Shown here piece after piece: positions 56,613 to 64,000 of a stretch of 64,000 nt of DNA. The number at the start of each line of letters is the position of its first letter. Position 1 is the first letter of the stretch. The notes below the pieces were generated by a model. That model worked only from the letters and a program-made list of their open reading frames with translations. It made no database searches and was not told the origin of the DNA. Source of the stretch: Candidatus Omnitrophota bacterium (GTDB taxonomy: Bacteria; Omnitrophota; Gorgyraeia; Zapsychrales; Fredricksoniimonadaceae); the NCBI GenBank assembly GCA_903908245.1, contig CAIVRE010000006.1, positions 85,951 through 149,950 on the forward strand, given 5' to 3'. A program made the position numbers and the translations under genes.

Positions 56613-57065
56613 TTATTTGTCGGACACCCTGCCGTAAGACGCAATAGAGGCGTGGATATACTCTTCCGGCAACCCGCAATCACGAGCCCCCTGGATTATC
56701 TGGCCAAGATATTCATGCGAAGGCATTCCATCGACCAAAGGCTCATGGGAATAAACAAATGCCCTGACACGCTCCTGAATACCCGGCCTTCGGATATCCA
56801 TCAAAGAACGGCTGGAACGGTGCGGATAATCATGGTCATTATCCAGGATCTTCAAATGCTCCTCCGTGATCTCAAAGATCCCGCCGCAGACCGCATCATC
56901 ATATGAACGCTCAAGGTTGACGATCGCGCCACGGGTATCCGGGCTGAACCCGTCGAAGATCAGCATGTAGCCTGAAAGCTCCCCCTCCCCGACGAATTTA
57001 ACCCCGGGGCAAAGGTTGAACAAAAAGGCATGATTCATGTTCGGCCCGTAAGCAAAAAAATACAT
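56613..57065 (-). CDS. Gamma-glutamylcyclotransferase-family protein
   Basis: MYFFAYGPNMN, PSHEYL and GLPEEY motifs, with RBS GAGAGGGG before ATG 57065. Confidence 0.85.
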   Translation of the reverse strand: MYFFAYGPNMNHAFLFNLCPGVKFVGEGELSGYMLIFDGFSPDTRGAIVNLERSYDDAVCGGIFEITEEHLKILDNDHDYPHRSSRSLMDIRRPGIQERVRAFVYSHEPLVDGMPSHEYLGQIIQGARDCGLPEEYIHASIASYGRVSDK

Positions 57066-57111
57066 ATGACCCCTCTCTGTCAACACTCCGATTCTACCAC
57101 TGATCACGCCC

Positions 57112-58161
57112 TCACGGCGCAAGATATCGCTTGTAATTACGGCTTTGTTTCTTGTCCATCCGCCCCTTCCCGCCATCAACCAGCACCATGCTGGCATAGC
57201 CTGATCCAAAGGCATCAATAAGCGCAATGCCTTTGTCAGGGTCGATCAGGCACAATGCCGTTGACCAAAAATCCGATAATTCCGTGCTCGGCGCGATGAC
57301 CGTCACGCTCACGATCTCGTTGCGCGGAAAACCCGTCCTGGGGCTGATGATATGTGAATATCTTTTGTTACCGATCGTGTAAAAATGCTCATAATTCCCG
57401 GAAGTCGTGACCGACAGATCGCGCAATGCCAGCACATCAACGAGCCCGAGCCCGGAGGGGTCCTGCGGATCCTTGATACCAACGTGCCAGGGCCGGCCCT
57501 CGCAATTATTCCCCCCGGCATAAAGCTCGCCGGTCGTATCCGTCAGGAAATTCGTGAACCCGTGCGCGCGCAGGATCTGCGCGGCCTCGTCACTGGCGTA
57601 TCCGTCGGCAATGCTGTCGATGGTAAGCCTGGTCCCCGGGCTCAACAGGCGCACCTGATCCCTGGGCAACAATTCGAATTTGTCCATGCCAATGGATCGT
57701 TGGACCGTACGGATCTCTTCCGCTGTAGGCAAAGCCCCTCTTTTTTCACTTTCTTTCCACAGCCTCAGCATCGGATAGATCGTGATATCGAATTCATGCA
57801 GGGATATCTGGTTATAATAAATGGAATCCTTGATGATCATCCAGGTATCCGCGCCTACAGTGACAGGGTCCGGATAAGAACGATTGATGCGGTTCATATC
57901 ACTTTGAGGATCGTGAACACCCAGGCGCCAGTGAATGTCTGCCAGACGGGCCCATATCTCATCGACCGCCTGGTTTAACGCTTCCTCCTGCCCCGAAGCG
58001 TAACAGACATCGAGGCGCACGACGCTGCTGAAGAACTCGCCTGTTTTGGTGAACTTCTTGAGCGGCGCCTGCCCGGGGTTGGAACACCCCGATACAGCCA
58101 ATAAAAATGTCATGAAAAACAGAAAACGTCTACTAATCATAAGAAGAACCGGATAAAACAT
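57112..58161 (-). CDS. apbE: FAD:protein FMN transferase
   Basis: Lipobox VSGC, SIADGYA, TSGNYE, SHIISPRTG and SVTVIA; adjacent to the nqr genes. Confidence 0.92.
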   Translation of the reverse strand: MFYPVLLMISRRFLFFMTFLLAVSGCSNPGQAPLKKFTKTGEFFSSVVRLDVCYASGQEEALNQAVDEIWARLADIHWRLGVHDPQSDMNRINRSYPDPVTVGADTWMIIKDSIYYNQISLHEFDITIYPMLRLWKESEKRGALPTAEEIRTVQRSIGMDKFELLPRDQVRLLSPGTRLTIDSIADGYASDEAAQILRAHGFTNFLTDTTGELYAGGNNCEGRPWHVGIKDPQDPSGLGLVDVLALRDLSVTTSGNYEHFYTIGNKRYSHIISPRTGFPRNEIVSVTVIAPSTELSDFWSTALCLIDPDKGIALIDAFGSGYASMVLVDGGKGRMDKKQSRNYKRYLAP

Positions 58162-58198
58162 TCATTGCTGTTTAACATACTTGGATTATACTTTTTTT

Positions 58199-58384
58199 AT
58201 GACATTCCTGGGAACATTAATTGTATTCATGGCTTTTTTCGCCCTGGTCGGAATTGGTGTATTCCTAACCAAGAAAACCTTCGAGGGCTGCGCCTGCAAG
58301 AACACAATGAACGACCTTTCCTGCTGTAAAAAAGAAACCTGCACCGAAGACTGTGCCGCCCCGGACGAAACAAAAAACAATTAA
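58199..58384 (+). CDS. nqrM: NqrM-like Na+-NQR maturation protein
   Basis: Single TM helix, then IGVFLTKKTFEGCAC and a Cys-rich tail; lies between apbE and nqrF. Confidence 0.6.
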   Translation: MTFLGTLIVFMAFFALVGIGVFLTKKTFEGCACKNTMNDLSCCKKETCTEDCAAPDETKNN

Positions 58385-58440
58385 TGCGTAAAACGTAAGC
58401 GAACGGGTGACGCCGTAGGCGGGTACCCTGTTTTCATGCA

Positions 58441-58493
58441 CGGGACATATTGAATTTCTTTGAATTCCAGCTCAGGAAATTCTATGTGTCCCG
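58441..58493. repeat. Imperfect GGGACA-type palindrome (related to family A), possible bidirectional terminator
   Basis: cgggacatattgaatttc ... gaaattctatgtgtcccg, right after the nqrF stop. Confidence 0.6.
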
Positions 58494-58500
58494 ACCCGCA

Positions 58501-59733
58501 TCAACCGAAACTGTCGAACGCGATCATTTTCTTGGGAACACCCAGGGAATCAAGCATTTGAGTGACCGCCGCGATCATCATGGGCGGGCCGCACAGGTAA
58601 TACTCACATTCCTCGGGCTCGGGATGGTCCTTCAAATAATTCTCATAAAGGGCATTATGGATAAAACCGGTCATCCCCGTCCACTTGTCTTCCGGTAAAG
58701 CATCCGACAAGGCCACATTATATTTAAAATTCGGGAACTGCTTTTCAATATTGACAAAATCCTCGGTGTAGAACATTTCGCGCCTTGAACGCGCGCCGTA
58801 CCAGAAGCTCACCTTGCGGGTGGTCTTCATCGTATGGAACAAATGGAACAGATGGCTCCTCATTGGGGCCATGCCCGCACCGCCGCCGATATAGATCATC
58901 TCCCGGCTGCTGTTCTCCTTGATAAAAAACTCGCCGTAAGGCCCGCTGATGGTCACTTTATCGCCGGCCTTTAAATTAAAAATAAAAGACGACGACTTCC
59001 CCGGCGGCAGGCTCATTTTGTTGGGCGGCGGGGTCGCAATACGCACATTAAGCATGACAATATCGCCTTCCGCCGGATGACTCGCCATGGAATACGCGCG
59101 AAAGATCGCGTCTTCATTCCTGCTCTTAAGGCCCCACAGCTTGAATTTATCCCAATCCGGGCGAAACCGTTCGGGAATGATAAAGTCCTTGAAAAAAATA
59201 TTATACCTCGGGATATCGATCTGAATATAACCGCCGGCTTTAAAATTAAGCGCCTGGCCTGCAGGGAGCTCGAGCACCAGCTCTTTGATGAACGTCGCCA
59301 CGCTGTTATTGGAACGCACGATACAATCGAACTTTTTAATATTAAAAACCTCTTCCGGGACATGAACGCTGATATCGCCCCGGATCTTCACCTGGCACGC
59401 CAGCCGATAATGGGTTTTCTTCTGCTCACGGGTTAAATGGCCGACCTCGGTCAACAGCGGCTCCCCGCCGCCCTTTGGGACCTGGCATTTGCACAACCCG
59501 CATTTCCCTTCCCCGCCGCAAGCCGCAGGAAGATAAATATTCGCGGCCCCGAGCACCTTTAAAAGATTATCCCCCGTGGAAACCCGGATAGGCTTGGGCG
59601 AATCATTGAGGGTCAGGTCGCAGGGGCCCGGCTTCACAACGGTCGCTTCAAAAAGGGAAAGCAATGCCACCAGGAAAAGAATAATGCCGGTAAAAACAGC
59701 CATGCAGATCAAGACAAATAAAAAAAAAGGCAT
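58501..59733 (-). CDS. nqrF: Na+-NQR subunit F
   Basis: [31 protein letters not shown] and YLCGPP motifs. Confidence 0.96.
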   Translation of the reverse strand: MPFFLFVLICMAVFTGIILFLVALLSLFEATVVKPGPCDLTLNDSPKPIRVSTGDNLLKVLGAANIYLPAACGGEGKCGLCKCQVPKGGGEPLLTEVGHLTREQKKTHYRLACQVKIRGDISVHVPEEVFNIKKFDCIVRSNNSVATFIKELVLELPAGQALNFKAGGYIQIDIPRYNIFFKDFIIPERFRPDWDKFKLWGLKSRNEDAIFRAYSMASHPAEGDIVMLNVRIATPPPNKMSLPPGKSSSFIFNLKAGDKVTISGPYGEFFIKENSSREMIYIGGGAGMAPMRSHLFHLFHTMKTTRKVSFWYGARSRREMFYTEDFVNIEKQFPNFKYNVALSDALPEDKWTGMTGFIHNALYENYLKDHPEPEECEYYLCGPPMMIAAVTQMLDSLGVPKKMIAFDSFG

Positions 59734-59765
59734 AAGATCCGTCTATTCCGCGTTAATATTGCCGA

Positions 59766-60374
59766 TCAAAGGCTTATCCCCGAGAAACACATGAAACCGA
59801 TCGCCATGAGCCCGGTAATGATCATGGCGATCCCCCCGCCCCTGAGCGATCCGGGAATATTGGAGTACCCAAGGCGTTTGCGAATGGTCGCCAGCGCCAC
59901 AATGGCCAGCGCCCAGCCGGTACCGGAGCCGAATCCCCACACCAGCGATTCGGTCAACGTATACTCCCGCTGGTCCATGAAGAACGCCGCGCCAAGGATA
60001 GCGCAATTCACAACGATGAGCGGCAGAAAGATCCCCAGCTTGTTATACAAAGGCGGACTGAATTTCTCAATGATCATCTCGGTCAGCTGATTGACCGCCG
60101 CGATAACCGCAATGAACGTAATGAAGATCAGGAATGAAAGGTCAAGCCCCGGCAACCCCGCCCAGGCCATGCCCCCCTTGCGAAGGAAAAAATGCTTGAC
60201 CACCCAGCAGGCCGGTGTACAGACCGTAGAAATAAAAATGACCGCCGCGCCCATGCCGATCGCCGAGTCCGTCCTTTTCGAACATCCCAGGAAAGAACAC
60301 ATGCCCAGGAAATAGACCAGAAGGATATTCTCAATAAAAATGCTCTTGACCAGAAGGTTCACATAATAGATCAT
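59766..60374 (-). CDS. nqrE: Na+-NQR subunit E
   Basis: FLGMCSFL and LPLIVVNCAI motifs; start at ATG 60374. Confidence 0.95.
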   Translation of the reverse strand: MIYYVNLLVKSIFIENILLVYFLGMCSFLGCSKRTDSAIGMGAAVIFISTVCTPACWVVKHFFLRKGGMAWAGLPGLDLSFLIFITFIAVIAAVNQLTEMIIEKFSPPLYNKLGIFLPLIVVNCAILGAAFFMDQREYTLTESLVWGFGSGTGWALAIVALATIRKRLGYSNIPGSLRGGGIAMIITGLMAIGFMCFSGISL

Positions 60375-60375
60375 T

Positions 60376-61044
60376 TTATTTGCCCTCGACGTATTTAGCG
60401 ATCGTGCGATGGCCCCAGATGAGCAAGCCAAGGACAAAGAACGCGCCGGGCGAAAGAAGCATCAGTCCGTTATTGGAATACCCGTGATCGTAGAAATATC
60501 GCGGCAGGACATGAAAACCCAGCAAGGTCCCTGACCCGAGGACCTCCCGAAGCGACGACACCGCGGTCAGGGCCAAACCGTAACCCATGGCATTGCCTAT
60601 TCCATCAAGGAACGACTTCCACGGAGGGTTATGCATCGCAAAACCTTCCAGACGCGCGACAACCAGCGTATTGGTGATGATCAGCCCGATAAAAACAGTC
60701 AGCTGTTTCCAGATCGAATAAAAGTACGCCTTAAGGACAAGGTCCAGCGTAATAACAAAAGCCGATACCACGGACATCATGACAATGATACGGATCCTGG
60801 CGGGAATATGATTCCGGAGCGCGGCAATGATCGCCTCTGAAAAACCCTGAACAAATATCAGGCCAAGCGACATGACCAGCGCCGTTTTAACACTGGTCGT
60901 CACCGCCAACGCCGAGCAAATACCCATCACCTGATAAGTGATAGGATTGTTGTCCCAGAGGCCATCCTTGAATATCTTCTGATTGGCCCGGCCGAACAGG
61001 ACTTCCTTCACTGCAGGGGTCTTTTGAGCCGCTGGATCGGACAT
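60376..61044 (-). CDS. nqrD: Na+-NQR subunit D
   Basis: NNPITYQVMGICSALAVT and GLIITN motifs. Confidence 0.95.
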   Translation of the reverse strand: MSDPAAQKTPAVKEVLFGRANQKIFKDGLWDNNPITYQVMGICSALAVTTSVKTALVMSLGLIFVQGFSEAIIAALRNHIPARIRIIVMMSVVSAFVITLDLVLKAYFYSIWKQLTVFIGLIITNTLVVARLEGFAMHNPPWKSFLDGIGNAMGYGLALTAVSSLREVLGSGTLLGFHVLPRYFYDHGYSNNGLMLLSPGAFFVLGLLIWGHRTIAKYVEGK

Positions 61045-61056
61045 AAAGCTTGACCT

Positions 61057-61770
61057 TTACATTTTCCTTAATTTACTGAAGAAGGGCTCGTACGTTCTGA
61101 CCCAATGATCCAGCAGGGCCGTTACACCTTTGCCGGTAAGTGTTGCCGCCGTGATCCCGTCGACATAATGATCAGCCCGCTCATCCTCGTAGAAATCCTT
61201 CACCTTACCCTTGACGAGCGCGATCGGCGACACCCTGTGCTCTTTTTCCGACCAGATCTTCTTGCCCTTGAAATTATCCTGGAACCAGTCTTTCTCTATT
61301 TCCGCGCCAAGGCCGGGAGTCTCGCCTTCTTTATAAAATGTAATGCCCCGCACCGTTATCGCGTCGGGTTCAATGGCCAGATAACCGTAAAGAACAGACC
61401 AAAGGCCAAACCCGGAGATCGGATAAGCATAAGAAATGACCTTGCCGCCCTCTTTGTATATATAAAGCGGATAAAGGCCTTTCATCCCGTCTTTAATATC
61501 CAGAGGCTTCCTGGCCGGGACCACATTGCCCTGAGCATCAATGACCAATTCCTCGATCTTTTCCTTGTAGATCCTCAAATATTCCTCATTCTTCAGGTTA
61601 TCCGCCAACGGCTCTTTCAGGCCAACAGCCTTGAGGATATTACGCTTCACTTCCGCATCGGCGTTCATCTCGATCCTCGGGCGCAAGCCTTCGTAAAAAG
61701 ACGAAAGCATGACACTGCAGACAATGCAGACGATGAACGCAAAAATAAAAGTTTCCTTATAACCTTTCAA
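61057..61770 (-). CDS. nqrC: Na+-NQR subunit C
   Basis: GLWS, ETPGLGAEI and DGITAATLT (FMN-Thr) motifs. Confidence 0.95.
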   Translation of the reverse strand: MKGYKETFIFAFIVCIVCSVMLSSFYEGLRPRIEMNADAEVKRNILKAVGLKEPLADNLKNEEYLRIYKEKIEELVIDAQGNVVPARKPLDIKDGMKGLYPLYIYKEGGKVISYAYPISGFGLWSVLYGYLAIEPDAITVRGITFYKEGETPGLGAEIEKDWFQDNFKGKKIWSEKEHRVSPIALVKGKVKDFYEDERADHYVDGITAATLTGKGVTALLDHWVRTYEPFFSKLRKM

Positions 61771-61812
61771 TCGAAGGACCTTTCTTTAAGCTCTGCCGCT
61801 AAACCTTGCGAT

Positions 61813-61835
61813 CCCTCACTTCGTTCGGGATGACG
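61813..61835. repeat. Half copy of REP family B overlapping the nqrB 3' end
   Basis: ccctcacttcgttcgggatgacg, identical to 52982-53004. Confidence 0.8.
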
Positions 61836-63003
61836 ACAGCGCTTTATTCCGTTTATTACGGCTGCTGATATGGCTCATCATCACGCCATAATCAATGCTC
61901 GAAGCAAAAACATTCATGAACAGGATCGAGAGCATCACGCCTTCCGGATACGCCGGATTCGCCACACGGACGATCACCGTAATGACCCCGATCATGAACC
62001 CGTAGATCCAGGCCCCCAGCCTTGTAGCCGGAGCGGAGACCGGGTCGGTCGCCATAAAGACCGCGCCGAAAGCAAACCCGCCCAAAACATAATGCCAATA
62101 GACCGGCAGCGCGAAATACGCCGGTTGATCCGGCCCATTGAACAACGCAAATATTGTCGCCATCGTGAAAACACCCGCCACGCAGGAAACAACGATCTTC
62201 CAGTTCGCGACACGGGTGATCAAAAGGAACGCCAGCCCCAACAGGCATGCGAAAGTGGACGTCTCCCCGATCGAACCGGGACGAAGCCCCCAGAACAAAT
62301 TCTGGAATGTATACCCGGCAGTAGCAAGTGCCTGCACAGGATCAACCCCATGCGCCGCCTGCGACACAACGCCCAGCGGAGTGGCATGAGTGTACCCGTC
62401 CACCGCCACCCACACCTTGGCCCCGGACATCTGCGAAGGATACGCAAAGAACACGCACGCACGCGCCAGCAATGCCGGATTGAACACATTAAATCCCGTA
62501 CCGCCGAACACCTCTTTGCCCATGACCACGCCGAACGAGATCCCCACCGCCACCATCCACAAGGGGATCGTCGGCGGGAGGACCAGCGGGAACAACAAGC
62601 CCGTGACCAGAAGCCCCTCATTGATCTCGTGCTTTCGAACAACAGCGAATAACACTTCCCAGAACCCGCCCACCGCGTAAGAAACAGCGATGATCGGCAG
62701 GACTTTGCCGGCCCCCAGGCTCACACATGTCCAAAGATCGGGTGCGAGCCGCTGCGCCAGGAGCATCTGATATCCGGTATTATAGATCCCCATCAGCGTG
62801 GCCGGAATAAGCGCAATGATCACAAAGACCATCATGCGCTTAAGGTCCACCGAATCACGGACATGCGGCGCTTTACGGGTCACCTTGCCCGGAGTAAGCA
62901 CAAAAGTATCTATCGCCTCATAAAGAGGATACAGTTTTTCCAGCGGGCCCTTCTTCTGAAAAGGCGCACCGGAAACCTGCAGGATCTTTTTCACCCATTC
63001 CAT
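61816..63003 (-). CDS. nqrB: Na+-NQR subunit B
   Basis: PHVRDSVDLKR, KEVFGGTG, DGYTHATPL (FMN-Thr), GSIGETS and FMATDPVS motifs. Confidence 0.96.
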   Translation of the reverse strand: MEWVKKILQVSGAPFQKKGPLEKLYPLYEAIDTFVLTPGKVTRKAPHVRDSVDLKRMMVFVIIALIPATLMGIYNTGYQMLLAQRLAPDLWTCVSLGAGKVLPIIAVSYAVGGFWEVLFAVVRKHEINEGLLVTGLLFPLVLPPTIPLWMVAVGISFGVVMGKEVFGGTGFNVFNPALLARACVFFAYPSQMSGAKVWVAVDGYTHATPLGVVSQAAHGVDPVQALATAGYTFQNLFWGLRPGSIGETSTFACLLGLAFLLITRVANWKIVVSCVAGVFTMATIFALFNGPDQPAYFALPVYWHYVLGGFAFGAVFMATDPVSAPATRLGAWIYGFMIGVITVIVRVANPAYPEGVMLSILFMNVFASSIDYGVMMSHISSRNKRNKALSSSRTK

Positions 63004-63008
63004 AACAT

Positions 63009-64000
63009 TCAGCCTTCTGCTTCCACCAGGTCAAGCCCCTGGCGGATATACCCACCCACGTCCGTCTTTGAAGGACAAGCGAAAGAACACAACGCAAAAT
63101 CTTCCTCATCGCATTCCAGTATCCCCAAACTTATCATCTCTTCAATATCCCCGACGATAATGGCCCGCACCAGAAAGAACGTAATAAGGTCAAGGGGGAC
63201 ATAATCATCATAAAGGGAAGTCCAGACAATGGCACGATGGCTGCCATGCGTATCCGTATCAAGGGTATTCTCCTGCCGCGGAAAGAACGAAGACAGATAA
63301 GTATTCGTGAATGTATATTTGTTAAGCCCCGGCGCCATCCATCCCAGGAGCTCCCTTTTCCCGCCTTCAGGCAACACCGTGACCTGGCTATCGTAAAACC
63401 CGAGGAACCCGTCTTTGCCGACATTGCGGCCAGTAAGGATACTTCCGGAAATACACCGTTGGCCTTGCAGGTCACTGCCCTGCAGAAGAACCGACACCGG
63501 AACGCCGGCTATGGTCCTGAAATATACGCGGTTCTTGACGCCTTCTCCCGTAACAGCAATAACCCTCTCTGCCGAATGGACCCCCTGCAGGAACAATGTC
63601 GCGATCCGGAGCACATCCTGAACCTCAACATACCAGACGATCTCACCTTTATTGACCGGATCGACACAATGAATATGCGTGCTCACATTCCCCGCAGGAT
63701 GCGCGCCTGAGAAACGCTGGATCTCAACCCCTTTGGCCCGAGTCAATGCCGACGACCTGGCTTTCGCATCAATGCACAGATGCGTCTTGCCATCGGTGAG
63801 TTTACGGATAATATCCAGCCCGGCCTGAAGATCAGCCTGACGGCCGTCCAGAACAAGATCAATATCCGCCGCCAAAGGCTCCGTATTCATGGCATGGATA
63901 AAAATGGATTTGGGAGTAACGCGGGGATCCGCGATCTTTGAGAACGGGCGCTGGCGCAGGCAAGGCCAAAGGCCGCCGGCCAAAAGCTGTCCGGTGATCT
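63009..64000 (-). CDS. nqrA: Na+-NQR subunit A (partial, starts beyond the window end)
   Basis: RQRPFS, HPAGNV, ISGSILTG and EEDFALCSFACPSK motifs. Confidence 0.95.
   Translation of the reverse strand, partial: ITGQLLAGGLWPCLRQRPFSKIADPRVTPKSIFIHAMNTEPLAADIDLVLDGRQADLQAGLDIIRKLTDGKTHLCIDAKARSSALTRAKGVEIQRFSGAHPAGNVSTHIHCVDPVNKGEIVWYVEVQDVLRIATLFLQGVHSAERVIAVTGEGVKNRVYFRTIAGVPVSVLLQGSDLQGQRCISGSILTGRNVGKDGFLGFYDSQVTVLPEGGKRELLGWMAPGLNKYTFTNTYLSSFFPRQENTLDTDTHGSHRAIVWTSLYDDYVPLDLITFFLVRAIIVGDIEEMISLGILECDEEDFALCSFACPSKTDVGGYIRQGLDLVEAEG

Noticed and set aside
57066-57227. N-terminal extension of the gamma-glutamylcyclotransferase ORF
   Set aside because: It overlaps apbE, and the family motif and RBS point to ATG 57065.
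58186-58380. Minus-strand 64-aa ORF co-directional with nqr
   Set aside because: It is the antisense shadow of the plus-strand ORF, which has the TM + Cys NqrM-like pattern.

Overview
Bacterial genomic window of moderately high GC. The gene content (Na+-NQR, outer-membrane barrel, PilZ, Hcp, rubrerythrin) suggests a diderm anaerobe; Ca. Omnitrophota is only a weak guess. The first ~23 kb, which continues off the left edge, is an unusually large tailoring-enzyme cluster with 13 radical SAM genes: 1 HxsB-like, 3 HemN-like, 4 B12-binding type, 3 SPASM/twitch type and 2 further paralogues. It also encodes an HxsD-like protein, a glycosyltransferase, a PaaK-like adenylating enzyme, a ketopantoate-reductase-like enzyme, a PP-loop ATPase, a split-barrel flavoprotein and an A24 prepilin peptidase. 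The cluster is built around an 84-aa precursor (20341-20595) with a Flp/type IV prepilin-like G|FxxxE leader and a core holding four H-x-[N/S] motifs. This is the best candidate for an undescribed system: a His-Xaa-Ser-type RiPP pathway that may be processed like a pilin. A second notable operon (46520-52926: ACP, FkbH, MaoC-SDR fusion, MBOAT, SGNH) resembles a Dlt-like envelope glycerylation or lactylation pathway. The rest is largely housekeeping or stress related: Rrf2-ferredoxin-hcp, an SBP-histidine kinase-response regulator unit, hss-decarboxylase-hisI, tRNA-Arg(CCG), rubrerythrin, ABC-F, ECF sigma with a vWA anti-sigma, SNF2, cysK with a CymR-like regulator, apbE, nqrM and nqrA-F. There are also two REP-like palindrome families, two small ORFs missing from the track, and several sigma70 promoters that all have 16-nt spacers. 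All assignments come from motif reading by eye; no database searches were run.
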